NCBI GenBank assembly: GCA_030295235.1
Contig: AP026125.1
Location: 372,001 to 436,000, forward strand
Length of the DNA stretch: 64,000 bases
Direction: 5' to 3'
Source: Fistulifera solaris
Taxonomy: Eukaryota
In this document: in pieces, positions 24,100 to 35,534 of the stretch
Numbering within the stretch: position 1 is the first letter of the stretch
Layout: each line of letters opens with the position of its first letter
The notes under the pieces: generated by a model
The model's input: the letters and a program-made list of their open reading frames with translations, nothing else
The model's database searches: none
What the model was told of the DNA's origin: nothing
Position numbers and translations under genes: made by a program

Positions 24100-25427
24100 A
24101 TGAAATTCGCAATAGCGTCTCTTCATCTTCAGCCGCTTTGATTATCACGCTTGCTCATGAATTACTTCGAACATGCAAACGTCTATTTCAGACAACGAAA
24201 GTGTACCACCAGCCATCGTATCTTGGGATGAAGTCCGAATCGGCAAGCTCATCGCCACAGGCGCATTCAGTGCGGTGTACTGCACCGATAAAAGGATAAC
24301 TGGTCGTCCTCGTCAACGTCACTGAATTTTGATGAATCCTTAAGTGCCATGTTCTTTGAAGATGACTTAGAAGACGTCTTGACAAAAGCAACGCAAGGAT
24401 CCGAAAGTGAATTTGGTGACCCGTCGCATTCTTCCAGCGATCCGTCCCTGGTTTCGGAAGACTCACGGCTGGTACTGAAATGCCTCAACAAATCGTCTCG
24501 CTCTGGTAAAACGCACAAAGCTATGGCGACACGAGGTTTAATTAATGAAGCATCCATCCTCATGTCGCTGGCGCCACATCCCAACGTCACACGGTTAGTC
24601 GGTGTCTCCAATGATCTGCTACACGCCAATCCAGACAAGGGCTTTCTAGTGTTTGATCGAATCGCCGATTCCTTGGACCGCATACTAGTGCGGTGGCAAA
24701 TATGTCCCGATGATCAAGACCTGTCATTGTTCGGTCCAGATATACAATGGAAAGAGACTGACTTGTGGAAGCAATCACCACTACACTGGAGATTAAAACA
24801 CATTGTTTTGGGGATGGTTAAGGGCCTGGCCTTTTTGCACAAAAACTCGGTCCTCCATCGCGACTTCAAGCCATCCAATGTCGGTATTAGCTACGATGGA
24901 ACCGTTCGAATACTTGATCTTGGTAGCGCTCGCAGACTTCCGGTGCCGGGAGGATTTGAGCTCACCAAAGGGTAAGTCGACAATGTGAGGATGTTCCTCG
25001 TTTTGTAACGCTCGCTTTCTCATTCGTCATCATGTAAAGCGTCGGGACACGAAGATACATGGCACCCGAGGTGGATCGTTCTTCTCGTGCACCAGACTAT
25101 GGCTATCCGGCCGACGTGTTTTCCTTTTCGATTGTTTTCTGGGAGGTGCTAACGCAGCGGAAAGCCTTTGACGAATTCCGACATCTCACCCGGCTAGAGA
25201 TTAAACACGCCATGTATATAGACAAAGAAAGGCCGCGGTTGGATCTGGATGCATGTGCACCCTTTCGTGATGCTCTTTTGTGTGGATGGGATCATGAGCC
25301 TAGCGTGCGACCGACCATTTCCGATATGATCAGTCGGATCGAAGCCGAGCTAGCCGGTGATGGACCACTGGAATGTTGGCAGCCGGATGAGCAACTACGA
25401 AGACCATCCAAATTATACTTTCTTTAA
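24100..25427 (+). CDS. Protein kinase (TKL-like); intron 24972-25039; 5' end uncertain and frameshifted
   Basis: Gly-loop GKLIATGAFSAVY (~24240-24280, different frame), LVLK, HPNVTRLVG, LHRDFKPSN, ILDLGSA, spliced GVGTRRYMAPE, ADVFSF and RPT. Confidence 0.85.
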
Positions 25428-25566
25428 TAATCAATCTAGAGAAATATACTAAAAAGAGTATGATGGCAAATTTATTGCTAGAGCAGTCGTTATTGGCGTT
25501 GGAGACGGCAAACACATAAATTTTGTAAAGAGTTTTTGTAGTATTAAAATCCTGTATGCAGAGTAG

Positions 25567-25639
25567 GGTGGATTAGCTCAGTTGGTAGAGCATCGGATTC
25601 CAGTCCCGAAGGTCGCCGGTTCAAGTCTGGTATCCATCA
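25567..25639 (+). tRNA. tRNA-Trp (anticodon CCA)
   Basis: Cloverleaf: acceptor GGTGGAT/ATCCATC, D arm GCTC-AGTTGGTA-GAGC, anticodon arm TCGGA-TTCCAGT-CCCGA, T arm GCCGG-TTCAAGT-CTGGT. A Pol III terminator TTTT follows at 25641-25644. Confidence 0.93.
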
Positions 25640-26018
25640 CTTTTGTTCGATCCATCATTGAATCGCTTTTACTATTTTGTAAAGAAAAACTTTGCATTGT
25701 CGACTTGTGTTTTCATGGTGATGTTTTTTTATTTTTTTAAAGTCTAGAGACTACAAGTAGTTAGACTCATTTTTTCTAAGAGAGTCGAAGTAAGTTTGTC
25801 TCGTGTCTCGTTGGTCTTCGTCGTTTTTCAAATAGTCGGACCGTCCGTCGTCGGATAGTACTACAGCAACCTTAACCTTTTACGTTCTCGTGCTCTTTGT
25901 TTCGACAAAAATGACAACGACCAAGAGGAAAAGGAAAAGCAATGCTACTAGTACCCAGATACGATAAATATTTATATATTTTTCAAACAGCCGGCAAGCT
26001 ATACTTTTTCCTTTTAAA

Positions 26019-27406
26019 ATGATGTATTCACTCAATCCACAAGTTATGAACCACGAAGCGCTCACTGCAGCAACCGCCGAGGAGTCGTCAACGATCGAAC
26101 AAGTCATTACGGAAAATGCTGCCAACAACGCGCTTGCGTACGAATCTTCGTACATGCCCCGCTCGCAATTTGCTTGTTTATACACTCATCAAAAGACACA
26201 GAAACGAAATGTCTGGCAAGATGGCCGTTTAGTGCTGCAAGGATCACGTGCGGCTTTGCATGCGGCACATATTGTTCCGGGTTCGGCGGATCCTCTCTTA
26301 GACCAATGCGACGTATCTCCCTCCGAGGCTTCCTCCATCGCTGCGGGTCGTATCACGGACCTCGAAATGGACAAGCATTTGGTGACAATTGACGGTCCGT
26401 GGGTACCCAAGAATAGTTGTCAAGAAAATGCACGTCCCGCCACCGCGTCCGCTTCCATGCAAAAACTGTTGAATCAAAAGTATCGCAAACCAGCAACACA
26501 AATTCCGCCTCCTCGCACGGGAAGAGTGCCCAACGTGAGCCGGAAGCGACCCTTGCAACCGGGAGAACTGCATCGGAAGTATTATGGTGATAGTAATGGA
26601 ATTCCGCGGCCGATCAGTGGACACGTTGAGGGGGGAATCAACGACGGCCCTCGAGGCGTTCTTCCGCCCACTTATATGCCACCCGGCAACGTACACATTG
26701 CGCCAGTAGCCCCTCAACGTCTTAACACATACAGGAGCGTCCCTACGGACCCTTCTGCAAGCCCGCAGTTACCGCAACAACAGATGACGGAGGAAAGGAA
26801 TCATACAGCAACATTGCCGACAAGACAATTGAACGATATTGCAGACAATAGAGGATACAATCCTAATAGTTTTTACGGGGAAGAAGAGGAAGAAGAAGAT
26901 CCGGTGGTTGACAACGACGCCGGCCCCGACCTTTCCAAATCCCCGAGCTTCAGGGGTGTTCCGACCAATTCCAAGTACCTCACACGCTAATTGAAACCAA
27001 TCATATTCAAGACCTTGAATCAAATAACGAGTTGATTTTCTTTCGCGCACCGGAACTGAACGAGGAAGCGAATTTTTATGACAATCCTCAACGCGAGGGG
27101 TCAGCGCATACTCATATGCCGGTCCCTGCGTCAAAGCCGTCCAACAACAGTCGACCCCTAACCTCCGATACCACGGATCATCATGGATCCACTCTATCGA
27201 CGTCGCAACTCCTCAATTTGTTCGGTGCTAGTGACCCACCATCAACGGCAGAAAAGAACACCGAATCGCAGCGAGTATCTTTGAAAACCGATACTAATTT
27301 CAGCGATAAAGCAAACCCTGCCTGTTCACACAATGAAGACGAACTATTCCATCAAGACGAGTTTCAGCTTCCTTCAGATGACTCCTCTTCCGACGAGGAG
27401 GACTAA
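26019..27406 (+). CDS. DUF2439 (ZGRF1 N-terminal-like) domain protein with long disordered tail; start and the junction near 26960-27010 uncertain
   Basis: FACLYTHQKTQKRNVWQDGRLVL matches the DUF2439 pattern (Y.CLYT...K.K.WQDG). Pro-rich and acidic C-terminus; CTAAT branch site and AG near 27011. Confidence 0.7.
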
Positions 27407-27445
27407 TTTTGCCTTTTAGCCGTAATTCGCTGTAGTAGTAACATA

Positions 27446-30135
27446 CTAGAAATGCCCACTTGAGGAATCGGAGCTCAAATCACCATCTTCGTCAAAGGGT
27501 AAAAGTTCCTCTTGCGCTGAAATAGAAAGTCCCATCCAATCCGCATTGAAAATATGGAGTGAAAGCACAAAAGCAGCCGTTGCATAACCAGTTGCCACAC
27601 TCCCAGCAAGCGAGTCCACGTCGTAGCTGTAACCGAAAACACAAATGGCGGCCAGTGGCATAGTAATTAACCATCGCGAAAGCAAAATTGCGGCCGATGC
27701 GACAGCATACCGACCCTGAGCGCCAACCAAGCTCCAATACACTTGAGCTAACGTCATGGGTATGTTTGCGAGAGATGTCAGACCAAGAAGATTGTTGATG
27801 ATCGTTTGGAGTACAGTATCGGTAGTCAGTGATTCTGAAATGTTGGGACCGGCGACAAGAAAGATAGATGTTATGACTAATGCTTGCACACAAGCCCAGA
27901 AAGCAACTTTGCTAGAGAGTAGTTTAGCATCGACCGGAAAGCCCTCAGAAAGATAGTACGAAACGCGAACGGAAGCAGATTCGCCCAATCCTTCAGTTGC
28001 AGACAAGCATACTTCCCACAGGTTACCCACAATGGCAAATGCAGCAACTAGTTAATGGAAACATATTAAGTAAGAAGACAATTTGAAAAGGGGTGAGATT
28101 CAACGATATTCGTACCTTCAGCACCACCAAGATACCGTGCAAACAAAACTAAAACATCCCACTGAGGAGTACGACGAGAGAGATCATGAGATCAGTGTCC
28201 AACATTTTGCGTAATTGCAATTCCTTGGCTTACCTCCCCGAGCTCCAAAAACGATCCGACAAATAGCGGAACTACCTGCATAAAGAAGGTAAAAACTTTC
28301 CTTGGATCCTGTACATTGATATACAATAGAAGTTAAGCATCACCCATTTGACACTTTAGCGAGGAGCAGCAACGACTTACCATCAAGGACAAACGACCGA
28401 AAAATCCTTTCTGATATTGACGAACCCATCCTTTTTGAAAAGCATACGTGACCTTCGTTATAGTTTTCGCTATTCCGATAATGACCTGGATCCAACCGAT
28501 GTTCTCCAGTGTGGGCTTTGTGTCGGTGCTCGTGACGGCTATCGCAACGACAACGACGAATGTTAGTAAAGTAGCAAACACGTCAATAGTTCGTTCGAAA
28601 TGCGCCTGTCCGCTCAAGTGAAAGGGAAGCATGAACGCTCGTGTGGTACCTCGTAAGATGTAATCGACTATTATAATCTTCGCATAGGGTGCTGCAATCT
28701 CGGCAATCGAATCTGATCTCACCAACCACTTGACAACATCTTCAATGACCAGCGCCCACACGAGAAGAATAGGAGCCCCAACTATAATCTGCATAATGAT
28801 TGCCAGTTGAACATAATACCCCGCTTCTTTGAAGCCTTCGTCACCGCCTTGTGATATTGCTTCCTTCAAAAGGCTTGATTCAACGTCGGTCACGGCACCC
28901 GATACCTCCTCTGTGGTCAAACGTACAAAAAGAATCACGAGAACAAACGCGGTCATCGAATCGGTGCCACGATCAACATAGTGAGATATGATTGCGATTA
29001 GGACTAGGCGGAATAACGGATCCGCTAGCGCACCAACGCTGGCAGGAATAGCCAGCTCTAGCATCCTTCGAGACTCAAAGTCAGTCTCTGCCAGATCGAG
29101 AACGTGGTCAAAGCAACCACACAACATCCTTACGGGTCCCCATCGAGTCACGACATTTCCTTGTGGTTGAAAATCTTCAATGTGATTTACTCTCCCTACA
29201 TCGTGAGCATCCGCAGCATCTTCGGGTGACAAGACATCCGGCGACAATGGAGGCATTATTGAGTTGTCAGATTCACTGAGCGCTAAACGAGACCGTTGTC
29301 TCGCTCGACGAATATATCTCCGTCTATAAAACTCCGCTTCTCCTTCCACCACTTCTTCCGACAGCACGCTGCTGGCAGCGTCGCTGACGGAACGCCGTAT
29401 GCGAGAGGAATGAACCTGCCTGGAACCGCGACTTGATCGACTTCTCCGTGACGCTAACGAACCTTCTTCCGAGGCCTGCGACTGTCGTTCTGTCTCCAGT
29501 GACCGCATGACAAAATCGGCACGTCCGAGTGGTCTGGAATGTCCCCATGGACGCCGAGCTGCCAGCATGGAGGAACTACTGGAACCCGATCTTCGTCGTT
29601 CACCAGGTTGGGCGTTATGATCGTGCTGTGACCTAAAGGAGGTATTCAAAGCTCCATTTGAGGGTTGACCAAGCGAAGCAGCTGAACGCTCTGGCGCAGA
29701 TTCGTTCGGCTGCGGAATTATGGTGCTCAGCGCGGGTATTTCTGCGACTGATTTATCTTCATCTTTATTAGCGACAGTTCCGTTTTGATCTGGTCTCGCT
29801 GACGTATTTTCCGCCAAAATGTTATTTTGTATAATATCAGTAGAATGTACAATTGAATCAGGTGCAAGCGGAGGCTGCGATGTCATTTCCACCATCTCTT
29901 GCTCGCTTCTAGTCGGAATTTCGCCATTCTCCGTCGTGGGGTCTTCTTGCCGCGAAGTGGCAGTCATTCCTCTCGTTATTTTCTTGTCGCGCCAGCATAT
30001 TATCGGGATGGCTAAAATGAGCGACACACCCACGTACAAAGAGAAGAAAGCAATCAAACCGGGAGGTGTTTCATTACTCGAAAGATCATAGTCTTCAAAG
30101 CCGTCAACAGTAATTGTGTAAGGATTGTCACTCAT
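27446..30135 (-). CDS. MATE-family efflux transporter with N-terminal TM and long Ser/Arg-rich region; introns 28309-28380, 28162-28233, 28048-28115
   Basis: ESRRMLELAIPASVG, AISQG..GYYVQLAI, IAEIAAPYAKI, EGLGESASVRVSYYLSEGFP..AK and LVGAQGRY; about 12 hydrophobic helices; canonical GT-AG introns. Confidence 0.8.
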
Positions 30136-30636
30136 TTTGCTCAAATGAAAATCCTTTTTCTCCGGTCGCTCGCAGCCGCGCTTAAGATATCCTATCACTT
30201 GCGGTCGAGTAAGTAATTACAAGGAGGCCGTGTAGTCAAGTCCTTATCTCATGGTCCTCTTTATAGCTAGCTTTCTTTGTTCACAAAGGCAAACCGCGAA
30301 AAATGTAAAAAGCTGCACGTGCGTGATCGATGTATGTGATACATTGTCCATGCATTGTCGGTGCGACATTAACCGTGTCTCACGTTAGTCCACAATGTTG
30401 TCATCTACTCCGTATTAGTTTAGATAATAATGACAAGCCAGAAGAAGAGAATAATATAAAGAGAGAGAGAGAGAGCAGCCCCACCTCGCCTCTAAAAAAG
30501 CCATTTGTCCAGAAAATGAGGCGGTCGTATAGGAAACATTCGGGAAATTAGCTTTTCGTAAGTCGAACATCAACAGAAATGAAGAAATTCGCTGTTAGCG
30601 CAAGCAAACTTACTGTAGTCATACAAAAGTGAAAGT

Positions 30637-31287
30637 TTAATATTTAGATGAATAACGATCTCTCCTGTTTTGCCCTATAAGCTTTCTGCAGCCGACGCTT
30701 CTTCGGATGTTGTTGAGCAGTCTTTGTACGTTTTCTTTTGCTGTCTTGTCAACAATCTGGGCCGGCTCAAACATAACTACGCGTGGTTCTTCATAAGGAA
30801 TGATATGGTCGCTACTACTGTCGCCTCTTGACATGGTCTTTTCAGTGAGATACGATGACAGTTTATTGAGACGAGGAAACCTCACATTTTGCGTCGATGG
30901 TTCGGCATTTTCTTCTCCGTGACACAGATCCTCGTTGGAGACATATTTGTCCAAAAAGTCGTGCAAAAATAGACTGAGCCCTTCTTTTGTGTGAGATTCA
31001 TCTCCAGATTCAGCCAGGCGTTGCTTAAAGTCATGGAATATTCTTGGATTTGCTGTCAACACTTTGACTTTTCTGTGGAATATGTCATCATCGATTATGG
31101 AAGACAACGAATGTGAAAGGCTATTCATCATGAGTCTACCAGCAAATTTGTGTCGTAACTTTGACATGGTGAATGCCTCACGACGAAGAGAACCATTGGA
31201 AGTGACCGTCGGCAGATTGTCCCAGTCTAAAGAATTCCCATCGGCAAGAGCCAGGGGTGAAATGTTGACTTGAGCATCCATCATCAT
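30637..31287 (-). CDS. Hypothetical protein
   Basis: 216-aa ATG-initiated ORF filling an otherwise non-coding region; no motif recognised. Confidence 0.55.
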   Translation of the reverse strand: MMMDAQVNISPLALADGNSLDWDNLPTVTSNGSLRREAFTMSKLRHKFAGRLMMNSLSHSLSSIIDDDIFHRKVKVLTANPRIFHDFKQRLAESGDESHTKEGLSLFLHDFLDKYVSNEDLCHGEENAEPSTQNVRFPRLNKLSSYLTEKTMSRGDSSSDHIIPYEEPRVVMFEPAQIVDKTAKENVQRLLNNIRRSVGCRKLIGQNRRDRYSSKY

Positions 31288-32104
31288 TCTGTGGTATCTT
31301 TGTATTGCGGTTCAAAAGTAATGTGTGAAGCTCAATTCGATCAATTTCAGAATTCGTCGTGGCTGTATTAACAACCAGTTGTTCTCTAATAAAGGCTGCC
31401 TTTTGTTTTCGACATGCTGCGTGAAGCGAAACGTTTTCTGCCAAATATCTCTTCCCGCAATTTAAGAGTGGGCATGCATGCGTGCGACGTGACGGTTTCG
31501 TCTAAATATTAAACCGCGAAGGGTTGTTCAGCGTTTCAGTTGCTAAGTAAGATGCAACGCACTTAATGATAAGACACCTAAAGATAACGGTTATTGTCTT
31601 GACAGACTCAACTGAAATGTAGTGTTTTTGGCGAGCGTTCGCTCTTTTGGCGCAAGATTTTTTGGCCGTGAATAAATTTTATTTGTCTTACCGCGTTTTG
31701 CTGTATCCGTAAAATAGTAACGATACAAAAGAGCGAGGCGACTCCGAATATTCGCGATCGAATTCGCTTTCGCGATCCTACATCCTGTCATACATGGAGT
31801 ACCATCATACCATATCGTAGTTTATGTTATGGAATTTGCAATAAGCTAAATTGTACTATGTGACTTTTTTTACCTCTAAGTATGCCATACCGGTTCACAA
31901 GCGCGGGGTGCGAAAGAAATAATCAACGGCGACCGCGAAACTCATAAACTGACGAGGGAAGATGAAGAGAAACCAATCGATTGCGAAACATAAATGAGAA
32001 AATCGTTGTTGCTTCCCAACCCGGATTGCTCATAATCAAGCACCATGAAGGGCACGTCGTCATTCAAGATATTCGGCAGTGAATACTGCGAAAGTAGCGT
32101 CACA

Positions 32105-33577
32105 ATGAATGTGCGCTGCGGCAAGAGCTACCTTCTCGTTCTTCTTCCTGTCCTCGCTTTCATCTCACTGATTGTGAATGGAACAGTGTTGAGGCACATT
32201 TCAGGGAATCACTTGAATTTGCGTGTTGTTGATCTTTCACACCCTGATCTTGACGATGCTCCTTTCACACAAGCTGAACTCGTACAGCCTGAAGTTCCGT
32301 ATATTGATTCTGATCACTTCGATCAACTTGCTGCAAAGATAAGAAATGTCACGGCCCAGAAGTCGAAAGCGCTTCTTTCACAACTGAAGAGAAACAGTAA
32401 AGTTGGAACGAGAAAGAAACTAAAGAAGGGGAAGAAGCGTAGGAGGAAACGAAGAAAGAGACGAGCTGTGAAGACCCTCAGTAGCCCAGCAAGAGTTCCT
32501 GCTGTTGCCATCCAACCAACGTCATCGGCTCTCGCTACGAGTGCAAACTTCTCTGCTTGCTTGTTAATCAAGGACGACAATGCAATTTTGAACGAGTGGA
32601 TCGCCTATCACTACCATGTACTCCGAATGCGCAGACTCATAGTTGCTGTCGACCCATTGAGTAGCGAGTCACCCAAGAGCATACTGGATAAATGGTCGTC
32701 CCTGACGGATTTGGAAATCTCCCAGTGGAGTGACGAGTCTTACATGCCTGATTACTTTTTGGAAAATGGTCGACCACGAGATGAGTTCATGCAAGACCAA
32801 TCTGATTTCGACCAGGAGATGACGCAGCAGCAAATTTTGGAAATTAGCAACCACCGATACCGACAGAGAGTATTCTTTGCTAAGTGCATGCGAGACCTTC
32901 GAGATAGAGGAAGTTCCTGGGTGATTCATATCGATACGGATGAGTACGTTGTTCCCAGCAAGCTTCTTCGTGAGGTTGCTCCGTCAGGTTTGACGATTCC
33001 TTCAATAGAAGAGCCTGGCTCTGTCTTAACCTTTGTACAACAAGTTGTATCCAGGAGATTGGGGAACTATCCTTGCATATCGCTGCTTCGTCTTCTGTTT
33101 GGATCAATTGAGAGCAGTGAAGAAGAGAGGACTGAGCAAGTTCCTCCTGAATTCGACGCGAAAAATTTTGAAACACTTCGGTGGCGATACCACGCCAATC
33201 CTCAAAACATGAAGCTCCATGGCAGTCCCAAAACAATAATTGATGTTTCCGCCATTCCAGAGGAGTTCCTACCAAAAGAAGTTGTCTACAGCATCCATCG
33301 TCCGGTTGAGCAATTTTGCCAAAGGAACAAAGATCTCAAATACGACAACTTTCTTTCACAGTCCATCGCTGCCAATCACTACCTCGGTTCATGGGAGCGC
33401 TACAGTGCCCGAGCGGACAACCGAAGAAGCAAAGAAACGTACGAGAACAAAGCTCACTTGAAACACGCCGCAGATGACGGAGTTCGACCCTGGTTAACCG
33501 GGTTTGTCGAGTTTGTGGGTCTGGATTTGGCCAGCGAATTGTTGGGCGACACCTACTTGGCAGCGACCCCGCGCTAA
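32105..33577 (+). CDS. Type II membrane glycosyltransferase (GT-A fold, GT2/GT92-like)
   Basis: N-terminal TM, FSACLLIKDDNAILNEWIAYHY, DxD motif WVIHIDTDEY and NHYLGSWERY. Confidence 0.8.
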   Translation: MNVRCGKSYLLVLLPVLAFISLIVNGTVLRHISGNHLNLRVVDLSHPDLDDAPFTQAELVQPEVPYIDSDHFDQLAAKIRNVTAQKSKALLSQLKRNSKVGTRKKLKKGKKRRRKRRKRRAVKTLSSPARVPAVAIQPTSSALATSANFSACLLIKDDNAILNEWIAYHYHVLRMRRLIVAVDPLSSESPKSILDKWSSLTDLEISQWSDESYMPDYFLENGRPRDEFMQDQSDFDQEMTQQQILEISNHRYRQRVFFAKCMRDLRDRGSSWVIHIDTDEYVVPSKLLREVAPSGLTIPSIEEPGSVLTFVQQVVSRRLGNYPCISLLRLLFGSIESSEEERTEQVPPEFDAKNFETLRWRYHANPQNMKLHGSPKTIIDVSAIPEEFLPKEVVYSIHRPVEQFCQRNKDLKYDNFLSQSIAANHYLGSWERYSARADNRRSKETYENKAHLKHAADDGVRPWLTGFVEFVGLDLASELLGDTYLAATPR

Positions 33578-33835
33578 AGAGAGAGAAGTCGCATACATGT
33601 TTTTAATGTTTAGTAGCCGTTTCGAATGTTGTGTTTCTTCGAGAAAATGTAAAATTCCTCTTTAGAGTTAACTGGACTAGTTACGCGGACTACTTCCATC
33701 GTTAGAAGCAAAAGCGTGACTCCAATGAAACGAGACACGTTTGCACATAACGACGACGATAAAAAATGAAGTGGATCAAGCAATTATGATGATAACAATG
33801 AAATGCATCTCTCCTTGTATCATCTATTCGTTCTA

Positions 33836-35453
33836 ATGACTATCACCTCTAGAACCTTTGAAAGATTCGTCTCCTTACTCAAGGAGCGGAAAAAGACATG
33901 TGTCGTGGTAGAGCAATGCTGCGGCGGCTTAATTCAAGGTAAGCGTTTGCCGTATTGTTTGTATGAATCTCTCTTTCTTTGTTCCTTACACCTTTGTCTC
34001 GTCTTAGCTTCTATTCTAGCGCAACCGGGTGCTTCTGCGGTCTACTTTGGCGGCTCCGTATCGTACAACACCCGTAAAGCCAAACTTCTTCTTCTGAACA
34101 GCGATGAATTGCATCAATCATTGATTCAGAAACAATTCACGGACTCGACCGCCGGTTACATTCAATCGAAGCTGCACTGGACGGCGGAAACCTCCATTGC
34201 TTATTGCCAGGCAATGGGAACTGATTTTGCAATCGCCGAAGGTGGTGCCTCGGGTCCTACGTTTCGACCGAGTGATATGAAAACGGGGTTTGCCGTGATT
34301 TCGGTGGCGGGAAAAGGAGAGGATGGAACTATTTCGCTGTTAGGTCAAGACATCGTGCACTCTCCTACCAATAATCGGGAAGAGAATATGAGATATTTTG
34401 CGAATGCTGCTGCTAGTTTTGCGATTCACACGATCTGTAAGGGCAAAGACCCTTGCCTGCATCTAGACAAAATGGAGGTGAAATCGGCCGAGTCACTTGT
34501 CCTAGATCGGGCCACGCACGTTCGCACCGATGAGGCTAAGTTAGAAGAGCTAGAAAAAGCGGCACAATTCATTATTTTACAAGATTGCCGCTCGTTACTA
34601 GTACGATCGGATACTCCATCCACAAGACTAGCCTTCTTGACGCATGAAGAAGTGATCGCTATCGGAGGGAACCAACGCAAAACGTTTTTGGGGATTCGCT
34701 CGAAGGATACTCCTGTTTTCGCCGTCGACATTCTAGATGAGAAATTTCGCATTCCAAGAGGTACGGAGATTGTTGATACTCGAACAACAGCTCCGTTGCT
34801 TGACACGATCGAGAATGAACTGGCGCTCCACGCAACCGCTTACGCTGCATGGCAACGCCGAAATAAGTACTGTTCTTTGTGTGGCGGCACAACAACTGTG
34901 ATTGATGGCGGAACGTGCCTTCAGTGTAGTAATGTGCTGCAAAATCATGGCCGCGTCAAGACCCAAGCATGATTTGTGCTGTTTCTAGTAGAGACGGTGA
35001 AAGAATTCTGTTGGCACGCTCCCCACGCCATCCGGAAAAGTTGCACACAACGCTAGCTGGATTCGTGGAAGCTGGTGAAACGCTGGAGGCTGCTGTGGCA
35101 CGCGAGGCGTTTGAAGAAACAGGAGTCCGTATTGACGAGGGATCAGTCCAATATGTAGGTACGCAACCCTGGCCTTTTCCGCAGTCTTGCATGTTTGGCT
35201 TTTTAGCAACAGCCGATGAAAAACAGCCACTTCACATTGACGCCAACGAACTTCTTTCCGCACGATGGTTTACGAAAGAAGAAGTTGCGAAAGCAGCCAC
35301 AGTCGAAGGACCAACCATGCAAAAGGAGTTGCACTTGCAGCACTGGAGCGTGATCCCACGCTGCCCTTGCTAATACCTCCGAAAGGAGTTATTGCGCGTA
35401 GACTCATCGACCAATGGTTAACGGGCTCCTGGAAGTATTCGCGGTCCAACTAA
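33836..35453 (+). CDS. CinA/PncC-like domain fused to NudC-type NAD(H) pyrophosphatase; intron 33939-34007; frameshifts near 34935 and 35325
   Basis: PncC-like VVEQCCGGLI.ASI...PGASAVYFGGSVSYN..K. NudC features: zinc finger CSLCGG..C..C, WPRQDPSMI, Nudix box GFVEAGETLEAAVAREAFEETG and signature TQPWPFPQS. Confidence 0.85.
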
Positions 35454-35534
35454 TTATCTGTAAAGCAGTTCAAAATATAAAACATGTGAATTATATCAAT
35501 CGTATATGTACTAATAATCCGATGTGTCTCTTCT

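Noticed and set aside
30460..30475. (AG)n microsatellite, and the (ATCATGA)x3 repeat near 57548-57568
   Set aside because: Short simple repeats with no evidence of function.
31600..31790. E2F-like TTTGGCGC and TTCGCGA motifs in the intergenic region
   Set aside because: The flanking genes have no evident cell-cycle link and such short motifs are expected by chance.
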